In this document: positions 10,397-21,185 of the stretch, piece after piece
How positions within the stretch are numbered: the first letter of the stretch is position 1
How the letters are laid out: every line of letters starts with the position of its first letter
Source of the DNA: an uncultured Gammaproteobacteria bacterium
GTDB taxonomy: Bacteria > Patescibacteriota > Microgenomatia > Levybacterales > UBA12049
DNA length: 64,000 bases
NCBI GenBank assembly: GCA_964571255.1
Contig: CAZNAA010000001.1
Coordinates: 16,167 to 80,166 of the forward strand
Direction of reading: 5' to 3'
Program-made: the position numbers and the translations under genes
The notes under the pieces: generated by a model
What the model was told of the DNA's origin: nothing
Seen by the model: only the letters and a program-made list of their open reading frames with translations
The model's database searches: none

Positions 10397-11638
10397 TTAC
10401 GCTGCTTTCTGAAGTTGTGGTTCAATTAATCCAATAACGTGTTCTCCATTAATTACGGCATCATTGTGAATACCTTGTTTATCATAGATGACTTTTATTT
10501 GTGGATTTACAGCCTTGATTGCATCAATTTGTTGAGGGTTATCATTAAAAAGGAGACTGCTATTGGTCATTTCATCTTTTCCACCAGAAAAGATAATAAT
10601 ATTTCCTCCTTCTTGTACTCGAGCGTCTTGATATCTATTACGCGAACTTCCTACTTTTTCCATCAAAGAGTTAATGATACGAGTATGAAATACCTGTTGT
10701 CCTTCTTCTTTGCCTCCCTTTTTTCCAGTAACAAATGTGAGAAAAGGTAACTTTTTAGCATGTCTTTTTAGTGCTTGTATAAAATCTTTGGCAGGACCAA
10801 CTTGTTCCATTTGCCTACGAGTAAGCTCAGCAGAGCTAGCAGGATTCATAGCAATAACATCAGTAAGCTTTTGTGAATACCTTGGATCTGCTGCAATATT
10901 AAGAGCTATTGCGCCGCCTGTTGAGTGTCCCCATAGTTGGATTTGTTTGCCATCTTGAGTAAAGTGATCAACAAGAGCTTTATAATAATCCACAAGTGGT
11001 CCAAAGTCTGTAGACTCTTCAAACTTTTGAACATATGTTTCAGTGACTGTACTCATACTTGATCCAGGCATCCCAATCAAGTGAACGTTTCTTCCACTAT
11101 TTGCAAGATCTCGAGCAAATTTATCTAGTGATTCTATATCGTTAACAAATCCTGGAATAAGAATAACATCAGGGCGAGAGTTTGCGAGATGTTGTAGCTC
11201 TGGGCTTTTTGGATGTAATTCAACGTATTGAGTTGTTTGGTTACCCAGTTCTCCAAGGGAAACTGTTACTGGTCTTTGTTCTTGAAGGATATCCTTATAT
11301 TGATTTCTTGTCCGTTCTTCGTCTGCATTAATGTTTGCTTCTTGTCGGTCAAATATATCAGGAAGATCTAATGTTTGTGAAGAAGGTTTTCTAAGTTGTT
11401 TCTTTACCCATTTAGCTAACTGAACTCTTTGCTTCTCTAGTTGTTTAATTTCTGCACGAGATCCTCTGTTGAGTGTAACTTCTCCATGAGTTTGCTCTGA
11501 TGAGATAACACCAAGTTTTTCTGATATTTGAGTAGCTTTAATTTTATCAAGATCATCTATAATGGGTTGAGTTGTGAATTCATTTTTTGCTCCAAATTTA
11601 ACTTTTGGAGCTTGATCTATAGTAGTGCTTTCTTCCAT
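10397..11638 (-). CDS. Alpha/beta hydrolase fold protein (cytoplasmic)
   Basis: GHSTGGAIAL nucleophile elbow. No signal peptide. Confidence 0.45.
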   Translation of the reverse strand: MEESTTIDQAPKVKFGAKNEFTTQPIIDDLDKIKATQISEKLGVISSEQTHGEVTLNRGSRAEIKQLEKQRVQLAKWVKKQLRKPSSQTLDLPDIFDRQEANINADEERTRNQYKDILQEQRPVTVSLGELGNQTTQYVELHPKSPELQHLANSRPDVILIPGFVNDIESLDKFARDLANSGRNVHLIGMPGSSMSTVTETYVQKFEESTDFGPLVDYYKALVDHFTQDGKQIQLWGHSTGGAIALNIAADPRYSQKLTDVIAMNPASSAELTRRQMEQVGPAKDFIQALKRHAKKLPFLTFVTGKKGGKEEGQQVFHTRIINSLMEKVGSSRNRYQDARVQEGGNIIIFSGGKDEMTNSSLLFNDNPQQIDAIKAVNPQIKVIYDKQGIHNDAVINGEHVIGLIEPQLQKAA

Positions 11639-11647
11639 TTTTCCTAT

Positions 11648-12535
11648 TTATTGTAACTGAGTATCAAAAAAAGTAAAGACTTCTTGTCGGTAAAGAGTGG
11701 GATTAGTTTTATATGTCTCAATGTGTTTTGCTCCTTCAAAAATAATTAATTTACTCTTCTTGTTTGCTCTTGAGAGAATTTCCTGGCTATCTGATACAGG
11801 AATGGTTGGATCTTTTTCTCCGTGGAGAATAAGAAGAACTCTCTCTGGTGCGAGTGAAATGTGATCTACTGAGTTAATGGCATCTAAATCCACTCCCCAG
11901 ACATATTTCACAAAGAAAAATGATAACGGGTGAAAAATTCGGGGTACTCCATTTTCAACTCCTAATACATGAGTGGCAATTGGTTTTATTCGTGCTGGGG
12001 GACTATCAACTACTACTGCACCAATCTCTTTCATATTCTCAATTTGAGTAAGCGTAGCAACCGTTCCTAGTGAATTCGCTAAAATGCCTATGTTGGAAGA
12101 TGCATAGCCTTTTTCTTTTGCAAGTTTAATTACTTCAAGTAAATCTTTTCCTTCTTTGGCTCCTTCAGTTAGAATTTTTCCCTCTGATTCTCCATGAGCA
12201 CGTGGATCATACATAAGGACGTTATATTTTCTTACCAAAAGCTCTCTGGCAATATTAATGGCATCATACTGAGGATTTATCCGAGTTTGAGTAACTCCTG
12301 CAACCATGATGATAAGACGATCACTCTCTCCTTTAAATAACCATCCTTTAATCGTTGTTCCTTCAAATCCAGTAATTGTTATCTCTTCATAATTGGTACT
12401 AATCTCAGTTGGAGAGGTCGTGATACTTTCTTTATACGGCCTAATGATGCGATAGGAGATATAAAAACAAAAAAGGATAAAGCTAAGAATGAAAAGGAAA
12501 AGAACTCCTAAAATGAATATTCTTTTTGTTATCAT
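11648..12535 (-). CDS. Membrane-anchored alpha/beta hydrolase (dienelactone hydrolase / S9-like)
   Basis: N-terminal TM. LANSLGT (GxSxG), HGEKDPTIP and a C-terminal His. Confidence 0.6.
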   Translation of the reverse strand: MITKRIFILGVLFLFILSFILFCFYISYRIIRPYKESITTSPTEISTNYEEITITGFEGTTIKGWLFKGESDRLIIMVAGVTQTRINPQYDAINIARELLVRKYNVLMYDPRAHGESEGKILTEGAKEGKDLLEVIKLAKEKGYASSNIGILANSLGTVATLTQIENMKEIGAVVVDSPPARIKPIATHVLGVENGVPRIFHPLSFFFVKYVWGVDLDAINSVDHISLAPERVLLILHGEKDPTIPVSDSQEILSRANKKSKLIIFEGAKHIETYKTNPTLYRQEVFTFFDTQLQ

Positions 12536-14214
12536 AGTAATAGCATAACACCTTCGTTTCCTCTTAAATCAATACTGTGTAAAATAACGTCTTTCCCTTT
12601 TTTATCTAAGAAGGTTGAGAGAATAAATCGTCCTGCATAGACTTTCGCTTTTGGTGTCACGACAACGTCTTTATCCGAAAAGTTAAGTAGGGTAAGATAG
12701 GTTTCTTTTTTATAGGTTCTGGTATAGGCAAAAACATCATCACAATCTGTTTTGATAGTTTGGTAATCTCCCTTAAGAAGAGAAGGTGAAGTTTGACGAA
12801 GGTGGGCAAGTTTTCGATACAGAGTCAAAATAGATTGAGGATCATGAAACTCTTCTTCCACATTTACCTTTTTATAATTTTCATTGACTGGTAACCAGGG
12901 TACTCCATTGGTAAACCCTGCATTTTTTCTCTTCGACCACTGCATTGGTGTTCGAGAAGTATCTCGGTTTAGATTACTCCCTTTTTCAAATCGGTCATTC
13001 TGAGACTCAGCAGCTAGAGTAGTATTAGTCATTCCAATCTCATCTCCTTGGTAAATAAAGGGCATTCCTTTTGAAGTGAGAAGAAAGAGAGAGAGGACAC
13101 GAGCTTTCTCTTCACTATTGGTTGCAAACCTGGAGCGATCATGATTTCCAAAAACGTAATTTGGTAAGTCAAATTTTCCAAGAGATTGGTGATACTCTTC
13201 AACAAAGGTTTTGTAAGACTCAGCCTTCCACGGAAGCTTAAAGGGATTAAAGTTAAATGGCATAAGTCTATGCGTTTTGGATGCTTGGTAATATGCCTTC
13301 ATTTGAGAGAGGGACAAATTCGCTTCTGCAATGAAAAAGATATCGCCAAATTCTGCTGCAAAATCTGCCAGATTTCCCAAAACAAGAGGTGTTTCTGGCC
13401 TATTTCTCATATAGGGATGATCGTATTTATACCAAGGTTTAGTAGTTCCCTGAACATAATTGGGGTTAAGAGGTTCATCACGGAACTCTTCGTCCTTTAG
13501 CAAATGATTAGCAGCGTCACATCGGAATCCATCCACACCCCGAGAAATCCAAAATTTAATGATGTCTCTCATTGCACTCACGACTTCTGGATTTCTCCAG
13601 TTTAGGTCGGCTTGTTCTTTGAAGTAGCTATGTAAATAATACTGTCCTCTCTCTGGTGCGTATTCCCACGCACTTCCTCCAAAAACACTAAGCCAGTTAT
13701 TTGGAGCAGATCCATCAGGTTTAGGATCTTTCCAGATATACCAATCTGATTTTGGGTTAAACTGAGAGCTTTTTGATTCCAAAAACCAAGGGTGTTCTTC
13801 TGAAGTGTGGTTTTCAACAAAATCAATAACAACTTTTATACCTCTCCAATGGCACTCAGCTACTAATCTATCAAAAGTCTTTAACTCACCAAAAAGAGGA
13901 TTAATACTGTAGTAGTCTGAAGGATCATATCCTTGATCTTTCATGGGAGAAGGGAAAATTGGGGAGAGACAAAGAGTCGTAATTCCTAAGGATTTGTCTG
14001 TGTTGTTATGAAGATAGTCCAGAGAGTCAATAATGCCCTGCAAGTCACCAATTCCGTCTCCATTTGTGTCCTTAAAGCTTTGGACATAGATGTGGTACAC
14101 AAGGGCAGTGCGAGTCCAACTTTTTTGGAGTGAGTGTTTTTTTATCCGGTGGGTAAATGGCCGGATAATCGGATGATGAAGAATCGTTTGTAACTGCACA
14201 GGCAAATAACCCAA
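12532..14214 (-). CDS. GH13 alpha-amylase family enzyme (alpha-glucosidase / oligo-1,6-glucosidase-like)
   Basis: VYHIYVQSFKDTNGDGIGDLQG, GVDGFRCDAANHL and FIAEAN: the canonical GH13 regions. Confidence 0.8.
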   Translation of the reverse strand: MGYLPVQLQTILHHPIIRPFTHRIKKHSLQKSWTRTALVYHIYVQSFKDTNGDGIGDLQGIIDSLDYLHNNTDKSLGITTLCLSPIFPSPMKDQGYDPSDYYSINPLFGELKTFDRLVAECHWRGIKVVIDFVENHTSEEHPWFLESKSSQFNPKSDWYIWKDPKPDGSAPNNWLSVFGGSAWEYAPERGQYYLHSYFKEQADLNWRNPEVVSAMRDIIKFWISRGVDGFRCDAANHLLKDEEFRDEPLNPNYVQGTTKPWYKYDHPYMRNRPETPLVLGNLADFAAEFGDIFFIAEANLSLSQMKAYYQASKTHRLMPFNFNPFKLPWKAESYKTFVEEYHQSLGKFDLPNYVFGNHDRSRFATNSEEKARVLSLFLLTSKGMPFIYQGDEIGMTNTTLAAESQNDRFEKGSNLNRDTSRTPMQWSKRKNAGFTNGVPWLPVNENYKKVNVEEEFHDPQSILTLYRKLAHLRQTSPSLLKGDYQTIKTDCDDVFAYTRTYKKETYLTLLNFSDKDVVVTPKAKVYAGRFILSTFLDKKGKDVILHSIDLRGNEGVMLLL

Positions 14215-14293
14215 CAGATTTACTAGGTTCTTCTTAGTAAAACATGATTTTTCACGGAATGCAATTGAATGATAATTTTCTTACATGAGTTTT

Positions 14294-16261
14294 TTATTCA
14301 TAATTTACTACTTGATAAAGAGTGTAGGAAGAGTTTGAAAAGATTGGGGTAGCAAGTTCTTCTATATTACTATTCTTGCCTTTAGTGAGAAGATATTTGA
14401 TTCTGTGTTTTACAAAAAAGTTCTTGATCTCTTTTTTCTTTTCCTCAAAATGAATATCACTTTCTGTAAGAAGCATATAGGTACTTATATTTCCTATTTC
14501 TTTTAATCGCTCTTCTCTTTTTGCGCTCGTGTACGTATGATTTACAAATTGAATATATCCTCTCTTATTAGCAAATGCCGTAGCAATTGGTCTTTCTCCA
14601 AAGTACCAGTTACTTACCTCCTGCTTTGTAGGAGGGGTAGAAAACGAAGGAAGTTCCAAAAGAATATCAGTAGATACTCCCTGCTTGGCTAGAAAGAATC
14701 CTGCTTCAACAAGAGGGGGATTATACGCTGCATAAGGGACTAGTGTGTAGTTATAAAGAGTGATACTTGCAGTTGGAAGAGTAAAGAGAATAAGAAGAAA
14801 AGAGAGAATTCCTTTTACGACAAGTGATTTTATTTGTTCTGAGAGTACTCCTATACCAAGTGCACTAAGAAGTGAGCAGAAGAATAAAAAGTACCATTGC
14901 AACTGAATCATTTCATAGACTTGTCCAGATTGAAGAAAGAAAAAAGGAAGAAGAAAAGATAGTGAGCTAGTAAGTAAAAGGAAAATGGTGAATTCAGTAG
15001 GATAACTTCGTTGTGTTATGGCTTTACGTAGGAGAGCAATTATTCCAACAATTCTTGTTCCTACGTTGCCTATAAGGAAAATAAATATTCCAACGATATA
15101 TGTTATCAAAAGGCCTTTAAGTACTCCTTGTTGTGAATACGTGTGTATTTTCTCTGTGTATCCATACCATGTTTGATGTTCTTGAAACATTTTCTCAATC
15201 ATCCAAAATGGATGAAATAAAAGACGGGAGGAAGAATCGGCAAAGACACCATATGTCAAAAGAGTTAGGAGAAATATCCCTCCAATACTTATAAGAAGTT
15301 CCCACTGTCTTTTATACAGGTAATAGAAGAAGAATAATCCCATGCTACTTAGTACTATCATTCCTGCATACGCTTTAAACATAAAAAGAAGTCCTCCACA
15401 AAGAGTGAGGAGTATAAGCCAGCCCTTATGCTTCTCCTTTTCAAAGGCATAAAAACAATAGAAAAGAAAAGTGACCAGAACTATGGAAAAAGCGAAGGGA
15501 GGATTGAATAGTGCCTGGATGGGTTGATCAACTCCGAAAAAAGAGGTAAAGGCAAACGGTTGTCTCAAAAGAGGAAGAAAGAAAGGAAAACTTCCTCCAA
15601 AACAAGTAAAAAAGATTCCCCAGAGTCCTACGGAAATTTTCTTTGTCATTTTAAAAAGGAGTGTATACACTCCACTTGTCCAGAGAAAGGCAGTAAGGAG
15701 AGGAAAATACTGGAAGAGTAAACGAGTGGGATTTTCAAAGTAATTAAAACGGGAAAGTAAAAAATTATAAAAAAAATGATACCCGCTTAATGGTGCTTCT
15801 GCAAATCCCGGAATATCTGGAGGAAAGTGATTAGAGAGTTCGTTAATCAGTTGCAGATGCCAAATCCCGTCTCCTGCGTTTACTCCTTTGAGATAGAGTT
15901 CTCCATGAAATAATCCACTGGTAAGCATAGGAAGAGAAAAAAGAATAGTTGCTCCAATAATAAAAAGGAGAGGGAGCAGTACATCATTTTTCCATACAGG
16001 AAAAAGAAGTTCTTCTTTCCATAAAGAAAAGGTAAAGAAGATAGAAAGAGGAAAAAGAAAAAAGGAGGGAATATGAAAGAAAGAAAGAATGTAGGAAAAA
16101 ATAGTAATAAACAATAGTCCAGTAACACAGCTAAGAAAGATATCTTCAAGAAATAGAAAGCGTTTCTTAAAAAGCAAACAGAGGAAATACTTTCCAGAAA
16201 GGTAGATAAGATAGTAAAGAATAAAAAGAAAAAAGATATCTTGCCCAATAGTATCACTCAT
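14294..16261 (-). CDS. Large polytopic membrane protein, possible GT-C glycosyltransferase; function unknown
   Basis: 655 aa with more than 12 hydrophobic helices and a C-terminal soluble domain. No diagnostic motif recognised. Confidence 0.35.
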   Translation of the reverse strand: MSDTIGQDIFFLFILYYLIYLSGKYFLCLLFKKRFLFLEDIFLSCVTGLLFITIFSYILSFFHIPSFFLFPLSIFFTFSLWKEELLFPVWKNDVLLPLLFIIGATILFSLPMLTSGLFHGELYLKGVNAGDGIWHLQLINELSNHFPPDIPGFAEAPLSGYHFFYNFLLSRFNYFENPTRLLFQYFPLLTAFLWTSGVYTLLFKMTKKISVGLWGIFFTCFGGSFPFFLPLLRQPFAFTSFFGVDQPIQALFNPPFAFSIVLVTFLFYCFYAFEKEKHKGWLILLTLCGGLLFMFKAYAGMIVLSSMGLFFFYYLYKRQWELLISIGGIFLLTLLTYGVFADSSSRLLFHPFWMIEKMFQEHQTWYGYTEKIHTYSQQGVLKGLLITYIVGIFIFLIGNVGTRIVGIIALLRKAITQRSYPTEFTIFLLLTSSLSFLLPFFFLQSGQVYEMIQLQWYFLFFCSLLSALGIGVLSEQIKSLVVKGILSFLLILFTLPTASITLYNYTLVPYAAYNPPLVEAGFFLAKQGVSTDILLELPSFSTPPTKQEVSNWYFGERPIATAFANKRGYIQFVNHTYTSAKREERLKEIGNISTYMLLTESDIHFEEKKKEIKNFFVKHRIKYLLTKGKNSNIEELATPIFSNSSYTLYQVVNYE

Positions 16262-16299
16262 TTTTCTTAGTGTAGTGAATAGACGAAGAAAAAGGAATC

Positions 16300-19200
16300 T
16301 TACTTTTTGGATGAAGAGGTTTTAGGAGCAAACCAATAATAGTAAACAACAGGAATAAAGAAAAGCATGATGGTTCCAGAGAACGTAAGTCCTGCAATGA
16401 TAGCTCCTCCTAAGCCTCTCCAGAGAGGATCTGAGACAGTTACTGGAATAAGTCCCATGATAGTTGCAACAGAGGTTAGGGCAATGGCTTCAAGTCGACT
16501 AGCAGCTGCATCGGCAATTGAGGGAATAAAGGAAAGCCCGGCTTTTTGATTTTGAATAATCTTGTCCACTACTAAAATAGCGTTTTTTACAACAATTCCA
16601 AAAAGAGCTAGAACTCCAATGAGTGCAGGGAAGGAAAGAGGAGTTCCTGTTAGAGCAAAGACAATGAATACCCCTGAGATGGAAAGTGGGATAACTAACA
16701 TCACAATGAGTGCTCGTCTAAAGGAACCAAATTGCAAAACCATCGTTATGATAATAAGCAAAAACGATAGTAGCATTGCAGCTAAAATAGAGTTGACTGA
16801 GTTTTGATTCTCTTCATTTACTCCTCCAGTTTTCCAGGAGTAGCCTGAAGGGAGTTTTAGAGAATTAGCAAAAGTTTCCAATTCAGAATTTAAGGTACTG
16901 ATAGAGAATCCAGGTCTAACCCCTGCAGTTATGGCAATACTTCGTTTCCCATCTTCTCTGGTAATAAGAGTAGGATTATTTTCAAGAACAAAGGTTCCAA
17001 GTCCTGCAAGGGGAGTATTTCCTTGTGAGGTTGGGACTTGAATTGCTCCAATTGATTCAATACTTTGTGAATCTTTTCCAACTCGAATCGTGATATCTTT
17101 TTCCTCATCGTCTAACTCAGAAAAAGTGACGGAGTCAACAGAAAATCCAGTAGCATAGGTTCTAAGCCAAAATCCTATTTGATCAAGAGTAATTGCTTTT
17201 TCTGCAATTAGAGCAAGATTTGGTACAAAGGTTACTTTACTTGTTCCTTCTTTAATGGATTTATTTACATTGATAACTCCAGACTTTGTTTCTAAGTTAG
17301 CTTGTAGTTTATCTGCATAAACTGAAAGGGTAGGAAGATCATTACCAAAGAGAGTAATTTGTAAGTCACTTCCAGCGGGTGGGCCTCCACTTACCTCCAC
17401 AACTGAAAGAGTTCCTGCAGTATACGTTTTAAACTGAGATCTAAGTATCTCACTCATTTCAATAGAACTTTCTCCATCTTTGAGGAGAAGAGAAAACAAC
17501 ACAATATTTGCTCCTTGTCCTTCTTGGGATCCTCCAGACATTTGAGAAATTCCTTGTCCGATTTCTGTTGTAACAAATTCAAATTCGTCCATCTGTTCAA
17601 TTTTTGAAACAATTTTCTCTGACTCACTAATGGCTTGATCTTGATTAGTTCCTGAAGGAAGTGATAGAGAAAGATATAGATACTTTTGATCAGATCTAGG
17701 GAAGAATTCATTTTTTACAAATCCTAAAGGAAGGAGGATGAATGAGAAAAGAGAGAAGATCAGTACCATGGCAACGGTTAATCGTCTCTTTGAAGCTGAT
17801 GATAAAATAGATTCAATAAGTGAGTGATATCTATCACTGATAATGCCAAAGTGAATTACCCCTTCATCAAGATATGCTTGGATATTTCTTGTATTCTTTC
17901 TTGGAAGTTTATCTTTAATAAATCTATCTAAATGGGCTTTTAGGAGGTCTTTGACAGTAAAAGTGATAAATACTACGAGCAAGAGAGCTAAAAGTTCTGC
18001 AAGGAAGAGATTACCTTTTGGCAAAAGACTGTATAAAATAAACCCTATCAAACTGATACCCAAAATTTTTCCAAGGATTTTGACTCGTGGAGCAACTTCT
18101 CTTTGAAGAAACATAATGACAAAAGGGAGAGTAATAAACATAGCAACGATAAACGATGCCATTAAGGTTGATGAAACAACAATGGGGATAGGTTTAATAA
18201 ATTCTCCAATAATGCCTGTTGCTAAAAGAAGAGGAAGAAAAGCCCAAACAGTTGTAACAGTTGTGGTAAAAATGGCAATTAAAAAATCTCTCCACACTAA
18301 AAGTCCTGCTTGAATAGGAGTAAATTTACTTGTTCTGTAATAGGCTGTGATGGCTGAGGCTACGACGATAGTATCGTCAACTAATAATCCTAAGGCCAAA
18401 AGAAGTGAGAAAAGAGAGATGAAACTCAGATCAATTCCCGTAAAATACATCACACTAACACTAATTAAAAAGGTCAGAGGAATAGCTAAAGAGGCAATGA
18501 TTGCTTGTCTAATTCCTAAGAAGATAAATAGTACAATAAATACAAGTCCAACGGTAATCAGAAAGTCTTTTTGCAGTTCTTTAAACTGATTTGTAATCTC
18601 CTCAGCTGAGTCAATGATGCTAAAGATTTTAAATTCACCTTGTTTTAATTGATTCTCTGTTTCAAATAGTTTTTTTACTTCTTCAACGGATTCATCAATA
18701 TTTGCAGTACTTGTTTTAAAGATATTAAAGACAACTGCAGGCGTTGTTTTTTTGTCATGGGTCAAAAGTGATGGGGTTTGACCAGGTTTGGTTCGAATGC
18801 TAATTTCGGCTAAGTCTCCAAGAGGAACAATAGTATTGTTTAAGGAAACTGGGAGAAGACGCAGTTTCTCAAGAGAAGTAACTGATGGGTCTAGTGAGAG
18901 AGAAAAGTTACTCTGAGAACTCTTTACATTTCCTGCGGGAAATGATTTAAGCGTATTTTGAATCCCTTGGGAAAGTTGAAAAATATTTACTTTGTAAGAA
19001 GACAGAGCTGTTTGGTTTAAAATGATTTGTATTTCCTCTTCCTGAAATCCTGATATCTCTACTCGATCAACTGAAGGGAGCGTTTGAATTCTTTCTTGAA
19101 GAATTTTCGTATATCGCATTAAACTGCCTGTATCGGTATCTCCACTCAACGCAAAGGTCCATACAGGAGCATTTGTAAAGTCTAGTTTAATCACATTTGG

Positions 19201-19623
19201 ATCTATCGCGTCCTCAGGTAAATCTCCTACAGCATCAACTGCTGCTTGGACATCTGATCGAGCTTTTTCAGCATCAACTCCAGATTCAAACTCAAGAGTG
19301 ATAGTTGATACAGAGTCACGAGAAGTTGAGGATATTTTTGAAATTCGAGCTAGATTATCGACAGAGTCTTCAAGGGGAATTGTAATAAGTGACTCAATGT
19401 CTTTTGGACCTGCTCCTGGAAGTATTGTATTTACGATCACAATTGGAATATTAATTTCAGGATTGAGAACACGAGGAAGATTGAGGAAACTGTATGTCCC
19501 TATGATAATTGTAAGAAGCACTGCAAGAATTGCTAATCTTGGATTAAACAAATAAGAGGCAATAGCTGAGTTCTCAAGCTTAGGGTCAAACCGAAGTTTG
19601 GAAAGAAAGGATTGTTCGCTCAT
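16300..19623 (-). CDS. RND family efflux transporter permease (AcrB-like)
   Basis: 1107 aa. 12-TM architecture with two large extracytoplasmic loops. N-terminal region typical of AcrB/HAE1 pumps. Confidence 0.8.
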   Translation of the reverse strand: MSEQSFLSKLRFDPKLENSAIASYLFNPRLAILAVLLTIIIGTYSFLNLPRVLNPEINIPIVIVNTILPGAGPKDIESLITIPLEDSVDNLARISKISSTSRDSVSTITLEFESGVDAEKARSDVQAAVDAVGDLPEDAIDPNVIKLDFTNAPVWTFALSGDTDTGSLMRYTKILQERIQTLPSVDRVEISGFQEEEIQIILNQTALSSYKVNIFQLSQGIQNTLKSFPAGNVKSSQSNFSLSLDPSVTSLEKLRLLPVSLNNTIVPLGDLAEISIRTKPGQTPSLLTHDKKTTPAVVFNIFKTSTANIDESVEEVKKLFETENQLKQGEFKIFSIIDSAEEITNQFKELQKDFLITVGLVFIVLFIFLGIRQAIIASLAIPLTFLISVSVMYFTGIDLSFISLFSLLLALGLLVDDTIVVASAITAYYRTSKFTPIQAGLLVWRDFLIAIFTTTVTTVWAFLPLLLATGIIGEFIKPIPIVVSSTLMASFIVAMFITLPFVIMFLQREVAPRVKILGKILGISLIGFILYSLLPKGNLFLAELLALLLVVFITFTVKDLLKAHLDRFIKDKLPRKNTRNIQAYLDEGVIHFGIISDRYHSLIESILSSASKRRLTVAMVLIFSLFSFILLPLGFVKNEFFPRSDQKYLYLSLSLPSGTNQDQAISESEKIVSKIEQMDEFEFVTTEIGQGISQMSGGSQEGQGANIVLFSLLLKDGESSIEMSEILRSQFKTYTAGTLSVVEVSGGPPAGSDLQITLFGNDLPTLSVYADKLQANLETKSGVINVNKSIKEGTSKVTFVPNLALIAEKAITLDQIGFWLRTYATGFSVDSVTFSELDDEEKDITIRVGKDSQSIESIGAIQVPTSQGNTPLAGLGTFVLENNPTLITREDGKRSIAITAGVRPGFSISTLNSELETFANSLKLPSGYSWKTGGVNEENQNSVNSILAAMLLSFLLIIITMVLQFGSFRRALIVMLVIPLSISGVFIVFALTGTPLSFPALIGVLALFGIVVKNAILVVDKIIQNQKAGLSFIPSIADAAASRLEAIALTSVATIMGLIPVTVSDPLWRGLGGAIIAGLTFSGTIMLFFIPVVYYYWFAPKTSSSKK

Positions 19624-19625
19624 AA

Positions 19626-21059
19626 TTATTTTGTAGAAATGTCATCTCCGTTAAAGATAGTACGGGAAAGAATAATCGTATCTCCTTTTTTAATTCCCTC
19701 AAGTACTTCAACAAATCCTCCATATACTTTTCCTAAACGTACTTTTTGAGAAAAAGCTTTACTATTTTTAGCTATATAGATATACGCTGTATCAGCTGTT
19801 TGATATACAGCATCAAGTGGAACATACATGGTAGTGACTGAGACAGACTCTAAAGGAATACTAATTGTTACTGATTCTGAATCAGTAGCTTCTTTTTGTA
19901 AAGAAGAAGGAAGGGTATAGAAAGCGGTATATAATACTCCTTCAATTGCTTCATCACTCACAAATCGTGGGAAAATTTCATGCGTTTTTCCTTTAAGAGA
20001 CAAAATACTTGGTTTTGCTTTGGAAATAGTTTTTGCAACTTCTTGAGGAAGAGAAACAGATACTGTTGTTTCTCCATTTTTTGCAACGACTGTTGCAACA
20101 GGCATCCCTGGAGTTACTGTTTGTCCTTCGGTCACATATACTTTTTGTACTACTCCTCCAACTGGACTTGCAGGAGTCATAAGAGAAGCACCAATGTAGG
20201 CAAGACTTGATTGTAAACGGGAAATATCTTTTGAAAGAGAAAGTCCTTTTTCCTGAAGATCTAATTGTTTAAGAGTAATTTCTTTTTGTAAACTACTCAA
20301 AAGAGTAGGGGGATTAGTAGTATTTGTTTGATAGTTTAGCTGACGTTGTCCTTGGAGCAGTTGACTTTGTCCTCCAAGCAGTTGGGCAATAGTACTTTTT
20401 AATCTAATAATCTCCTCAGATGTATCTGGAAGGCCACTGGATTTGAGAGTCTCTAAATTAGTATTTAATGAGGTGAGAATACTGTTATTTAAATCAATAA
20501 GAGATTGGGTATCTCCTTTAGATTGTTCAGTGATTTTTCTCAGCTCCTGTGTATTTTGAGCGGATGCTGTTGCTATATCTCGTTGTTTTGCGATAAGGTC
20601 TTTTTGCAAATCAAAAGTTTCGAGTGTATTTTTGTATTGCTTATACGCAATTGCAGATTGAACTGCTGGAGCGTTATCTCCTTGATAGTTTGAAGATAAG
20701 CGAGTGAGGACTTGTCCTTTTTTGACTGTGTCTCCCTCTGTTACTTCAACCTTTTGGACTACTCCTGCAGTTTGAGCTGAGATAGTAATTACGCCTGATT
20801 TATCCACTGTTCCTTGAAGAGTAACGGTTGGAGAATCACCAATACTAAAAGTTCTGACGTCTTTTCTCATTGCTTTTTCTTCCTCAACTTTTGCAGGAGT
20901 AGTGAGTATTTTATTTGCAACCATGAGAAGAAAGAGGAGAAAAAGTGCAATAAAAAAGTTAAGCAGAGGACGCTTTCGGACGTCTTGTCTTACTACGATG
21001 TATCCACGAATAGAGCTTTCTTTTGCAGAGTGAAATAGAGAAATGATTCGATCTTTCAT
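19626..21059 (-). CDS. Efflux pump periplasmic adaptor / membrane fusion protein (HlyD-like)
   Basis: N-terminal TM, long coiled-coil and beta-barrel/lipoyl-like segments. Lies immediately upstream of the RND gene. Confidence 0.65.
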   Translation of the reverse strand: MKDRIISLFHSAKESSIRGYIVVRQDVRKRPLLNFFIALFLLFLLMVANKILTTPAKVEEEKAMRKDVRTFSIGDSPTVTLQGTVDKSGVITISAQTAGVVQKVEVTEGDTVKKGQVLTRLSSNYQGDNAPAVQSAIAYKQYKNTLETFDLQKDLIAKQRDIATASAQNTQELRKITEQSKGDTQSLIDLNNSILTSLNTNLETLKSSGLPDTSEEIIRLKSTIAQLLGGQSQLLQGQRQLNYQTNTTNPPTLLSSLQKEITLKQLDLQEKGLSLSKDISRLQSSLAYIGASLMTPASPVGGVVQKVYVTEGQTVTPGMPVATVVAKNGETTVSVSLPQEVAKTISKAKPSILSLKGKTHEIFPRFVSDEAIEGVLYTAFYTLPSSLQKEATDSESVTISIPLESVSVTTMYVPLDAVYQTADTAYIYIAKNSKAFSQKVRLGKVYGGFVEVLEGIKKGDTIILSRTIFNGDDISTK

Positions 21060-21185
21060 AATGGAATATACAACTTCAAGAGGGAAGGATAGTGAAGTGT
21101 AATTTGTGGCAGAAAACTATGTCATAGTATACTACTTCACGCCTAAAGTCAATAGAAGCTATCTTATTAGCTTATTTATTTGTGT

